Origin: Chrysomallon squamiferum
Lineage: Eukaryota > Animalia > Mollusca
Reading direction: 5' to 3'
Length of the DNA stretch: 64,000 nt
Assembly (NCBI GenBank): GCA_012295275.1
Contig: CM022667.1
Coordinates: 7,626,001 to 7,690,000 of the forward strand
Every line of letters begins with the position of its first letter. The stretch's first letter is position 1. Below the pieces are notes generated by a model. That model was not told where the DNA came from. It saw only the letters and a list, made by a program, of their open reading frames with translations, and ran no database searches. Below, piece by piece: positions 1 through 11,100 of this stretch. A program made the position numbers and the translations under genes.

Positions 1-655
1 AAAAAAAAAAAAAAATTAAATAAAATAAGTAGAATATGATAAAAAAAAAAAAAAAAAATTAAAAGAACAAACAAACGTACGATGTAATGTAAATCACGTA
101 ATATTTTGACTGTTGTTTGTTAAATATTTGGAGATGTGTGGAGTTGTGACATATTTAATATTATTTAATGGATTTTTCCCAGTAGGTGATTTAACAACAG
201 GCAAAAACAAATTAAAATACTTCGACTGATTTTTGTATCTTCAAAGGACAGTTTTAGATGTAATTATTTAAATTATTATTAACTCGTTTTTAAAAGATAA
301 AATAAAATTTTTTTTTTTCTTCATTATGCAATATTTGTTTTACTGGCATCAACGTTTTCTAATATTTTGTGTAAACATAGTACATTAAAATGAATCACAT
401 TCAAAAATCTTCAATGAGTCTGTTAATGTGCACGTGCAGTAAAATACAGCAGCTGAAGAAAATCAGCAGATAACTGAATATTAGAAAAAACAGTTTAACT
501 ACACAGTCTGTCAGTGTCTCACAGTTTTTACATGTAAGAAAAAGAAAAGTACGTGAAAAGACGAAAGATATAAAGTAAGAGAGAAGAGGAGAAAGATACA
601 GTGTAAAGATTGGTACAGAGAAAACAGAAACAGAAACCGAGAGACAGAGAAAAAT

Positions 656-727
<72 letters not shown>

Positions 728-887
728 AGACGGGGAGAGAGCGAGAGAGACAGATAAGGGTATTTCTAAAACTAAATTAAAAGAATGTAATATTATTAAA
801 TACAATCACTAAAAAAGCTTCGATAAACTGAGAAAATTCTATTCTTTGACGTTGAAGTACAAACAAGATTAAAAACATTCAGCTTGG

Positions 888-937
<50 letters not shown>

Positions 938-1283
938 CGCAAATGAAAATTTACGAGATAGACGGCGCTCCTGATTTTAGTTTCCAGTTTATGTCTAAAA
1001 TCTGTACTAGTTTGCTTCATTAGCTAGTTTATTAAGTTTGTCAAGTTTCCAGCAATTAATTTTGTATTTTTATTTTTTTTTATATTTATAATCACACCTG
1101 CATATATTTCCAAGAACTCATGAACAACACAAATAATAATATTAAAGTGCGTTATCAACAACAACAAACAAACAAACAAGAAATTCAGTGTCTACAGATT
1201 AGCGTGTACAGGAAAGTCAGAAGACTGCAGTGTTAATAACATGTTTTAAAAGCTGATGTAGATGTATTTAGTAAACATGTTGT

Positions 1284-1990
1284 AGTCTGATTATTTCTGA
1301 TAGTATCAGACTAACATATTAATAATGGTTTAAACACTCGTGTATATAGCCTGATTATTTTGTGATATATCAGGCTAACACTATTAATAATGGTTTAAAC
1401 ACTCGTGTATATAGCCTGATTATTTCTGATAATATCAGGCTAACACTATTAATAATGGTTTAAACACTAGTGTATATAGCCTGATTATTTCTGATAATAT
1501 CAGGCTAACACTATTAATAATGGTTTAAACACTAGTGTATATAGCCTGATTATTTCTGATAGTATCAGACTAACATATTAATAACGGTTTAAACACTCGT
1601 ATATATAGCCTGATTACTTCTGATAATATCAGGCTAACACTATTACTAATGGTTTAAACACTAGTGTATATAGTCTGATTATTTCTGATAATATCAGGCT
1701 AACACTATTAATAATGGTTTAAACACTAGTGTATATAGTCTGATTATTTCTGATAGTATGCGACTAACATATTAATAACGGTTTAAACACTCGTATATAT
1801 AGCCTGATTACTTCTGATAATATCAGGCTAACACTATTACTAATGGTTTAAACACTAGTGTATATAGCCTGATTATTTCTGATAATATCAGGCTAACACT
1901 ATTAATAATGGTTTAAACACTCGTGTATATAGTGTGATTATTTCTGGTAATATCAGGCTAACACTATTAATAATGGTTTAAACACTAGTA
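1284..1990. repeat. 65-bp minisatellite, about 11 copies, with a palindrome-rich unit
   Basis: Unit tagcctgattatttctgataatatcaggctaacactattaataatggtttaaacactagtgtata recurs with a 64-65 bp period (e.g. 1477 to 1542). Confidence 0.95.
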
Positions 1991-2299
1991 TATAACACTA
2001 GTGTGACGTAACACACATTATCTTCGAATAAGTACTAATCTGACATGTTTAAAACTTCCCAAAACGAATCACAAAGAAATATAACTGAAAACACAAATTG
2101 TTAGTCAACATTTAAAAGTTAAAATAGAATTTAAAATGTCGTTTGGAAATTAAATGAAACTGGAAATCATTTTAGTAAAATGCAAGATGGTTTCTACGAT
2201 CTTCCCTGTCTGGCAAGCAAACTGGATTTGTTTCGATCAGGAATTTAAACAATAGCATATCAATACCATGTTATTGACTCTCTGTTTTGCTGGGTACTT

Positions 2300-2374
<75 letters not shown>

Positions 2375-2899
2375 TTACTTGCATTAAATACTGATATTAC
2401 TAATAAATAATAAAATATAATTAAATAAATTAATAAAAATTAGAAGCAGTTTCGAAGAAGCAAAGAAGAAAGAAATGTTTGATTTAGCGATGAACTCAAC
2501 ACAGAAGTGTATCCACAGTTTCTTATTGGAGAAATAAATGATATATGTTAACTCAGTCTCTGTAAACTTTGTGCATTGGTGACAGGGAAGTTACGTAGTT
2601 TACACAGAAATCATTGGGAGGTGGTGTTTTCATCTTTCTCTCAAACTTTGTCGTTATTATCAACAAAGACTGAGTTGTAAATGCAGGTAAATCAGGCTTA
2701 TATAAAATAATTAAAACTGTTAACAGAGCAAACATTTATAAATAAATAACCAGTGATTTTAATTTTTATATCAGTTTTATTTTCAATCACATTAATTAGA
2801 AATAGTAAATTTAATTAATTACAAAATACATTTTCTTTTCGTTTTTGTTTACTGATTTGATTCGAATCTTATTTGTGAATGACATATCTGTTGTCATGG

Positions 2900-3069
2900 T
2901 TACTTTGGATATCTGCACGTGCAGGTAGTTGTAACTCTCGCCTTCTTTCCAGTGATCACATGGTTTTTCACAGTAAGCTTTCACCCAGAACGTCACGTGA
3001 CCACTGGGTTGGCAGTTGAAGTTCACTATTTGATTACAACATGAACAGAAATGTGAGCAGTCCTTGTAT
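2900..3069 (-). pseudogene. C-type exon 4 relic, frameshifted
   Basis: After acceptor ttttcag it reads YKDCSHFCSCCNQIVNFNCQPSGHVTFWVKAYCEKPCDHWKEGESYNY. A 17-nt deletion relative to intact C copies (ttgagcctaccacaaga) then removes LPQD and shifts the terminal CxC out of frame. Confidence 0.85.
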
Positions 3070-3532
3070 CTGAAAATAATTTTCAGTAGTTTTATATGCA
3101 CCGATACAAGGATTAGTCTAAAAGAAACTTGATAGATAAGAGATTAGCAGCAAAAGAGCACGTACCAAGAACACAAATACATCGATGTTTTATAAATTAA
3201 TAGTTGGCTTTCCCTGGAATAGAAAAGAGACAAAAAGAGAGCTTTACACTACTGATTGGAAGGCGTTGTTTTCATTTCTCTAAAAGTGCAGAAGATGAAA
3301 TAAAAGCTTGTCTTTGTTATCGACAAAGATTGACTTCTAAATACTGGTAAATTAGGCTTAATTAAAACTATTAACACAGCAAAGTTAATAAATAAACCAG
3401 TTTTATTTTCAAGCATGCAATTAGAAATAATAAATTTAATTAATTAATTATATATATATATTTTATGATTTACTTTGTATAAGTATTCAAATATTCAAAT
3501 TGTATTAGTGAACGAGAAATCTTTTGTCAAGG

Positions 3533-4352
3533 TTACTTTTCATATGTGCACGTGCAGTTTTGTAGTAGGCTCAGGAGTTGTAATTCTCGCCTTTTTTCCA
3601 CTGATCACGTGATTCTGCACAGTAAGCTTTCACCCAGAACATTTTGTAACCAGTGGGTTGGCAGCTGCCTCTCACTGTTCTTTTGCGCCATGGAGGGAAC
3701 TGTAAGCAGTCCTTGAATCTGAAAATAATTTTCACAATACATAATCACTATTTTTATATACATAGATACAGAAAATGAAAAAACATGACAGATAATGATA
3801 TCAGCAGGGAAAGATCAAGAAACAAGAACAGAAATACATCGATCATGGATTAATCGTAGGCTTTGCACACATATATGTATATGTACACAACACACACACA
3901 TACACACCCACACACAGAGAGAGAGAGAGAGAGGATTAACAATGAAAAGGAGGAGGAGTATATGAGGACTGATCTGTGTGACTAAAACGAGCATTTAATT
4001 TAAATCACTTACAGACATTTCACAGATCTAATTTTAATGTCAGAATCTATAATTTTACAGCCGCCATCACAGAAACCTTCAACGTGGATCTCCTCGTATG
4101 GAAGCGGCTACCACGTGGTTTCTCGACTTACAAATGGAAAGTCATCTTATATGTATATATAATCAAAACAGATTTTAAATAACAACAAACCATTTTTTTT
4201 CTTAAATGAAAATCACACTGAGCAATTAATAAACGCTAAATAAATAACAAGTAATGTTTGAAAGTAAATAATTGTAGTTCTGTGTCAGAAAGCAAGAAAA
4301 TGGAAATTTATGTAGTTGTGTCATATTTTGCCATAACGTACGGACTGCAAGT

Positions 4353-4426
<74 letters not shown>

Positions 4427-4543
4427 CAACAACAACAACACAATAAATAATATGTATAATATGACGATCTGTGCGTATGTATGTATGTCTGTATACACAC
4501 ATACACACACACATACACACAAACACACACTTTTTCTTATCAT
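3533..4543 (-). pseudogene. C-type pseudogene, head-to-head with A1
   Basis: Exon 1 ATG at 4543-4541 has its donor mutated to ataag. Exon 2 is absent. The exon 3 remnant (about 4150-4013) has an in-frame TAG (acg tgg tag) and lost Cys codons. Exon 4 (3718-3533), FKDCLQFPPWRKRTVRGSCQPTGYKMFWVKAYC..., has a 1-nt frameshift. Confidence 0.85.
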
Positions 4544-4713
4544 TTTCCTAAGCAACCTCTTACAGAGAAGCTAATTTCTCAAAGTTGTCAAATATCTCAA
4601 AGATGTGTTATATAGGTGAATATTAGTGATTGTTTTTTTTTGGAGTTTTTTTCAGTTTATTATATATGTTTAAATTTTCACGAATCAAATTTTTCTTAAG
4701 CTTACAGATTTGA

Positions 4714-4940
4714 TCACGTGACATATTTCAAGAGGATGTCTACGAAGAAATGAGTAACAACATTTACATATATTTACCTGTTCACATTTGCTAAATTTTC
4801 TTTTCCTGTTTTTTAAAAACAAATTTTGTTTTCCAGTGTGTCTGATTGGTCGACGCTAACCGGATACAGTTTGAAATTGTCATTGGACAAGAGGGCGCTG
4901 AGACTGCTATAAAAATACAAGATGCTGGTACGAGTAGTCA
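4714..4940 (+). promoter_or_regulatory. Promoter of A1: E-box, two inverted CCAAT boxes, TATA box
   Basis: tcacgtga 4714-4721; attgg 4845-4849 and 4882-4886; tataaaaa 4908-4915; Inr-like tagtc about 4935; ATG at 5002. The CCAAT and TATA layout is conserved in all six A/B genes. Confidence 0.75.
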
Positions 4941-5001
4941 ATACACCGCACACCCCGTTCAAGATTTTCCAGATATTCGCTTGTTCTGTGTATCTGCGAC
5001 A

Positions 5002-7489
5002 ATGGTAAGAAATATTTTAATATTTTATAACGTGTAAGTTTAAAGTATTCTTATCTTGGTGTAATTAATTTAGTTTTTGAATCTATATTAAGTTGTGAAA
5101 AAGTTTAATCTTAGAATAATAAACAAATAATATTGTTGACATATAGTTAGTTAATAGCACTTAAATGATAATCTGTTTTCAATTCATAATAGATAGCTAG
5201 ACAGCTAGATAGATAGACAGATACATATATAGGCAAATACATAAATAGATAGATATACGTGTTTTGTCATATATTATTATTATTATTATTTGTTCTTTTT
5301 TCTTCTTTTTCAGAAACTGTTATTTTTCATTTGTCTCTTTGCCCTGGCTGCCTGCATCGTTCTTAGCATGTACGTAAAATTCACAGTTTAGTTCAATTAA
5401 TGTGTGTGTGTGTCTGTCTGTATATATGTACGTTACTGTGTATTTGTATGAATTTTCACGAATCAAATTATTGTGCATTATTGTTTCTTTGAATGTTGAT
5501 ATGTGTATAATGATGGATGGTGATGATGATCATAATGAAAATAATAATAATGAGATGATGAAGATGATTATAAAAATGTATTTCAGGGAGTCAGAGGATG
5601 ATTTGCTGAAAATGTTCACTCCTGAGATTTTAGAAAAGATGAACAACTCGACAGACGAAATCATCGGAGCCAACTGGCCGGTGTTTGCCCCGCCGCAGTT
5701 GTTTGTCAAAGCACAGACGACGTGTGAGCCGTGCCCGTATCGCTCTAAGATCGTCTTCAAGTTTTGTAACAACATCTGTACTATCACCAAACCCTACTTC
5801 TGGGGAGTCCGAACTGTATCTTGCCTGTGAGTACTATCTTTGTTATATAAATAACATTCTATAAAACATAGCAATCATATAAATAACATTTTGCAACTCA
5901 TAGTTTAGTTCAATTAATGTGTGTGTGTGTCTGTCTGTATATATGTACGTTACTGTGTATTTGTATGAATTTTCACGAATCAAATTATTGTGCATTATTG
6001 TTTCTTTGAATGTTGATATGTGTATAATGATGGATGTTGATGATGATCATAATGAAAATAATAATAATCAGATGATGAAGATGATTATAAAAATGTATTT
6101 CAGGGAGTCAGAGGATGATTTGCTGAAAATGTTCACTCCTGAGATTTTAGAAAAGATGAACAACTCGACAGACGAAATGATGAGAGCCAAGACGCAGTCG
6201 TTTTTCAAACCACAGACAACGTGTGAGCCGTGCCCGTACCGCTACAGGAGCATCCTGAGGTTTTGTAAAAACAGATGTCAAATCATCAGACCCGCCTTCT
6301 GAGAGTCCGAACTGTAGATTGTATGTGAGTAGTATCCTTGTTATATAAATAACATTTTATAAAACATAGCAATCATGTAAATAACATTTTGCAACTCATA
6401 CTTTCATGTAAATTAGATTTTATAACAGATAGTACCATATAAATGATATATTTTATAACAGATAGTATCATACAAATAATATAATTTATAACAGATAATA
6501 CTGTATAAACAATATATTTTACAACACATAGTATCACAGAAGTAATATTTTATACCACACAATGTCATATGTATATATGTATGATTAAATACAAAAGAAA
6601 ACTGGACCAATGTTCTAGTATAAATAGCGTGTAATGTACTATTATTCTTAAAAAAGATTGTGTTTAATCGTATTATTTAAATATTCTATAACAAATTTTT
6701 TTAAATTATTTTATACAAGTAAAAAATAACTATAAAGAATTAAACAGGTTGATTTGTATTTAAAAATGAATCTGATCACAGAGCATTCAGATGCTCAATT
6801 ATTTTATTTTGTTATAGTAACTGATACAAAGTGATGATATTAAGATATAGTGACTCATGCATAGTGATGATATTAAGATATAGTGACTCATGCATAGTGA
6901 TGATATTAAGAGATAGTAACTGATACATAGTGATGATATTAAGAGATAGTGATGATATTAAGATACAGTAACTGATACATAGTGATGTCATTAAGAGCTA
7001 ATAACTTGTACAGTGATGATATTAAGATATAGTAACTGATACATAGTGATGATATTAAGATATAGTAACTGATGCATAGTGATGATATTAAGAAATAATA
7101 ACTTGTACAGTGATGATATTAAGATATAGTAACTGATACATAGTGATGATATTGAGATATAGTAACTGATACACAGTGATGATATTAAGAGATAATAACT
7201 TGTACAGTGATGATATTAAGATATAGTAACTGATACATGGTGATGATATTAAGAGATAATAACTTGTACAGTGATGATTTTAAGATGTAATAACTGGTAT
7301 CATTTTAAATTTATCAGATACAAGAGCTGTTATCCATTCTGTCCCTGTCAAAAGTTTAAGGCTCGCTGCCGTCCTACTGGTTACGCTAGATTCTGGTTTG
7401 TTGCTTACTGCAAAAAGGCCTGTGGAAAGTGGCGTAAAGGTCGCAGTTTCAACTACTACTACTTCCCACAGGATTGCATGTGTCGATAA
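5002..7489 (+). CDS. Gene A1: secreted Cys-rich protein, putative Spaetzle-like cystine knot, 156 aa
   Basis: Exons 5002-5004 (ATG|gtaag), 5314-5369, 5587-5826, 7318-7489; all GT-AG, phases 0/2/2. Product: MKLLFFICLFALAACIVLSMESEDDLLKMFTPEILEKMNNSTDEIIGANWPVFAPPQLFVKAQTTCEPCPYRSKIVFKFCNNICTITKPYFWGVRTVSCLYKSCYPFCPCQKFKARCRPTGYARFWFVAYCKKACGKWRKGRSFNYYYFPQDCMCR. aataaa at 7551. Confidence 0.9.
6104..6324 (+). pseudogene. Second, divergent copy of exon 3 inside A1 (exon 3b) with a 1-nt frameshift
   Basis: Part of a 517-bp tandem duplication. Splice sites tttcag and gtgagt are intact. Length is 221 nt rather than 222: ttctgagagtc versus ttctggagagtc in paralogs gives a TGA ending at 6302. Corrected peptide: ...MMRAKTQSFFKPQTTCEPCPYRYRSILRFCKNRCQIIRPAFWRVRTVDC. 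Confidence 0.8.
6815..7300. repeat. 33-bp intronic minisatellite (A1 intron 3)
   Basis: Unit tagtgatgatattaagatatagtaactgataca, with 32-bp variants, runs up to the exon 4 acceptor. Confidence 0.9.
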
Positions 7490-7690
7490 GAAGAATTCCT
7501 TGAAAAGGAAATGAATGATTATTTTAAATAATGACAAAATGCAATGTAAAAATAAAATAAAATATGTACGGACGTGTGTTAGTGTTTGTGTGTGTCTGTT
7601 TTTGTTTTCATGTGTGAATATTTCAATATGTGAGAGAATGCGTATGTGTGTGTGAATGTGTGAGTGAGTGTGTGAATATGTGAATGTGTG

Positions 7691-7725
<35 letters not shown>

Positions 7726-8537
7726 ACTCACATTCACGCAAGTTCAGTGTTTCAACAATGGTGACGTATTTGAATTATTTTCAAATCACAGATAAAATAA
7801 AACTTCAGAGATGCGATGTATACAACTACAACAGCGACATTATTACTAAAACACGTTCATCTTAGTTTTTTTGAATTGAGCGTTTCTATGAAAGAAATAT
7901 CACGTTTTGTTAAAAACAACCCGTGTTTTATATAATTATATTTAATTTAAATATGCTCAGAGTAAGACACTAAATGAACGCTTGAGTTTCAGTAGAGTTT
8001 GAATGAGAGGAAAAGTAAAGTGAAAATAATGAACATGAAAGTTTTAGATGTTGTTATATTACAGTCTGGTGAATATGTTGGGAACTTTTTAACGTATTTT
8101 ATGAATGTCAGACAAAACAAGAAATCTCAATAACTTGGCTGGTTATTGTTTGTGGTTTTAAGTGTGACGTTTGATCTTGCAGACGTTGTTCATTTTACAT
8201 TTTAACTTTGTGCTATGAGTTAACAGTATTATATTTTTCATTAGAAATAAACATCAAATACGACTAACGATATGAAGGATATGTCGACATCTTAATGTGT
8301 AATTAAATAATTATATAAAAAAGGAAAAACAAAGAAACCCCCCAAAAATAAACAACAACAAATGTGTGTGTATGTGTGGTTTAAAGAAGATCGAATTATA
8401 TTATTTTGACTTGATTTCAGTTTTAAAACTTGTTTTCTTATATCTAAAACATTTGTATAAATAACGAAACCAGTCGTCAAAAATGAGTACAGTTTTAAAA
8501 CGTTGTGTTTTAATAAAATTACTACTACTACTACTAG

Positions 8538-8615
<78 letters not shown>

Positions 8616-8703
8616 TAATAATAATAATTATTTGTATTATTATTATTATTAAACATTTTAAAAAATCTTCTTTACAAATATGTTATTATTATTATTACTA
8701 TTA

Positions 8704-8734
<31 letters not shown>

Positions 8735-9617
8735 TTTATTGGTTGATTGAGTTATTGATTTGTTTTTCTATTTTTATTTGTTTTGCTATCATTATTTTCT
8801 TTACTTCTAATAAAAAATAATAATATTTTTGTTTTTGTTTTTTTCTTTTCATTTTTTTTTTTAAATTTATTTATTTCGATTTCAAGCCTATTTTATTGCA
8901 TTTTCTATTAAATTTAAAAACAAATATTATTTATTTTTATTTATTAACTGTAGATATTCTGATTTATTCCGAGAGGCATCTCGATTCAAGGATTATTTTT
9001 CTTTTTTCTTTTTATAAACATTGACAAAATAGATGTATATTTATATCAGCTTTTAAAGCATTTTACTAGCAACGCAGTTTCGGACTTCAAGCATGATGCC
9101 CGCTAGTATCTTCATTCACATTCTTTTATATCAGTGATTTTCTGATTTGCTGGTGCCATAGATAGACTGAGATAAACTTAAAAAATGAGAAATGAACAAA
9201 ATATAAAGATGTTAAAATAATAAATAAAAAAAAAAAAAAAAAAAAAAATAAAAAAATGAGAAAAGAAGAGGATAGATCGTAGAAACCATATTGCCTCTTT
9301 CTACAGCACTAAAGTAATTTGCACTTTCATTTACGCATTTAATTTCCAAACAAACACGTTAAAATTTCTATTTAAAGTTTAAATGCTGACTAACAGTTTG
9401 TGTTTGTACTTGTTTGGTAAGGTTTCAAACACCGCAGGCTAGTTCTGATTCGAAGATAATGTGTGTTACGTCACAGTTAGAAATAAAACATGACTCGCTT
9501 TCTTTTTATTTCTTCACAGTAAACGGGAAAATAAAAGAATGTAAAGAAATAAATTGGTTTTGTAAAGTGTACAGGGTTAGGGATTCTCCATCTGTTCAGG
9601 GACAAAGGCCTACATCT

Positions 9618-10027
9618 TAGAAATTATTTTAACGACTTTCGCTGGAGTTATAGCTTGTATCGACTCCTTCTGCTTCAGTACGGTACATCTTGGCCAAGTG
9701 GACTACACGAACACCTCTCTATTTCATGCGTTAATTCAATGGACATCATCCGCTTCTTCTTCTCAGCACAGTCGTTTGCACTTATTTTCTTAGGATCCAT
9801 GGAAATTTGGCCAAAAACTGCACATAACGCGAGTACAACACAACAGAGATGCTTCCACGGCGAGGTAACTGCGTGAAGCAAACAACTGAAGATGTTCAGT
9901 TGTTCGTTGCGCCAACTAGCTCGTAACTCGGATTCTGGTTCGTAGCTCAAAGCAAAAATTCGACAGGGCTACTGCTCGTAACTCCGAAAACTCGTAAGTT
10001 GGGCACTCGTAAGTCAATGTACCACTG
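9618..10027 (-). mobile_element. pogo/Tigger-like DNA transposon, 5' end relic
   Basis: The minus strand begins cagtggtacattgacttacga, a Tigger-like TIR. From the ATG at 9800 it reads MDPKKISANDCAEKKKRMMSIELTHEI and then, after frameshift and deletion, GVRVVHLAKMY..LKQKESIQAITPAKVVKIISK. This matches the CENP-B/psq-type N-terminal HTH of Tigger transposases as recalled. Confidence 0.8.
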
Positions 10028-10687
10028 CATATGTTAACTCAGTCGGTACAAACATTTTGCATTGGCGATAGGAAAGGTATCTAGTTTACATTGTAAAATC
10101 AACCATTCACATGCGAATGCATACGGTAATACTAGAAACACTACCATTACCACCACCACCATCACCAGCAGCAACAATAGCAAGAGCAACAAGAGCAGTA
10201 ATACTTGTAGGAAAAGTAATAGATGTAGAATTAGTAGTGATATATAATAACAAACACCTTCGACAGCCTACTCCACCACACCACCACAACCACCAGCAGT
10301 AGCAGTAGTAAAACTAGTATGAGAAGTAGCAGTAGTAGTAGTAATACTAGTATGAGAAGTAGCAGTAGTGCTAGTAGCAAAAGTAGTACTTGTTCTAGCC
10401 CTAGCAGCAATAGTAAAAACTAACTGAATCTAAACGTGTATCAAAAACATTGTTAATGCGAAAGTAAACGAAATATGAAATAAATAAATAAAAGGTGAAT
10501 TAAATAAATGAATAAATAAATAAGAAAAGAAAGAAAGAAGAAAGAAACGTTAAATAAAAGTGGAATAAGTAAGTAAGTAAGTAATCAAGTGAATAAAAAA
10601 TAAATGAAATAAATAAGTAAACGACTGAAGAAGAGACAGAAATGATTTGCTATGCGGAGTTAATTTCAGAGTAACTCGTAATTTTAC

Positions 10688-10737
10688 CTGACACATAACA
10701 CAGCAGTGACAAACATTAAAACAAAGATCAGTGATTT
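10688..10737 (-). pseudogene. Orphan C-type signal-peptide exon 2
   Basis: tttcag|[16 protein letters not shown]-ag|gtaaaa, the same as C1 exon 2. Downstream intron 2 sequence joins directly to C 3'-flank sequence at about 10100, so exons 3-4 are deleted. No exon 1 was found. Confidence 0.8.
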
Positions 10738-10787
10738 CTGAAAGAAAAAGAAAACCAAGTGTAATATTTAAAATTATTTTATATCTC

Positions 10788-10874
<87 letters not shown>

Positions 10875-10884
10875 GACTGTCTCT

Positions 10885-11100
10885 CTAAATATTCTTACAT
10901 ATAAATAACTAATGAATAAATATTCGTACATCAGAATAACTGGTTAATAAATATACTTACATATAAATAACTGGTTAATATATATTCTTACATATAAATA
11001 ACTGGTTAATAAATATTCTTATATAAAAATAATTGGTTAATAAAAATTCTTACATGTAAATAACTGGTTAATAAATATTCTTACATATAAATAACTGGTT
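10885..11100. repeat. 31-bp minisatellite
   Basis: Unit aataaatattcttacatataaataactggtt, about 7 copies; a related array lies at 58095-58265. Confidence 0.85.

Noticed and set aside
4258-4555. Poly-I/L/Y/N, HT, RE and FIYL ORFs throughout the window
   Set aside because: These are translations of (AAT)n, (CA)n, (GA)n and (ATTT)n microsatellites.
4846-5037. Repeated 63-aa ORF MVDANRIQFEIVIGQ... (also at 14507, 22832 and 42252)
   Set aside because: It starts at a TTG inside a CCAAT box and spans the TATA box, 5'UTR and intron 1. The frame is broken by an indel in the B2 and B3 copies. Its conservation is explained by the promoter.
5402-5586. N-terminal parts of ORF-track proteins (MCVCLSV...KMYFR) read as single-exon genes
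   Set aside because: This is intron 2 sequence. The conserved tttcag acceptor and gtgagt donor give in-frame splicing to a signal exon and to exon 4; the apparent TGA stop lies within the donor site.
5717-7489. Conotoxin/inhibitor-knottin, defensin or metallothionein assignment
   Set aside because: The domain is about 95 aa with long beta-strand-like spacers and a terminal PxxCxC. It lacks the compact C-C-CC-C-C framework and the CS-alpha-beta pattern. A signal peptide and many aromatic residues argue against metallothionein.
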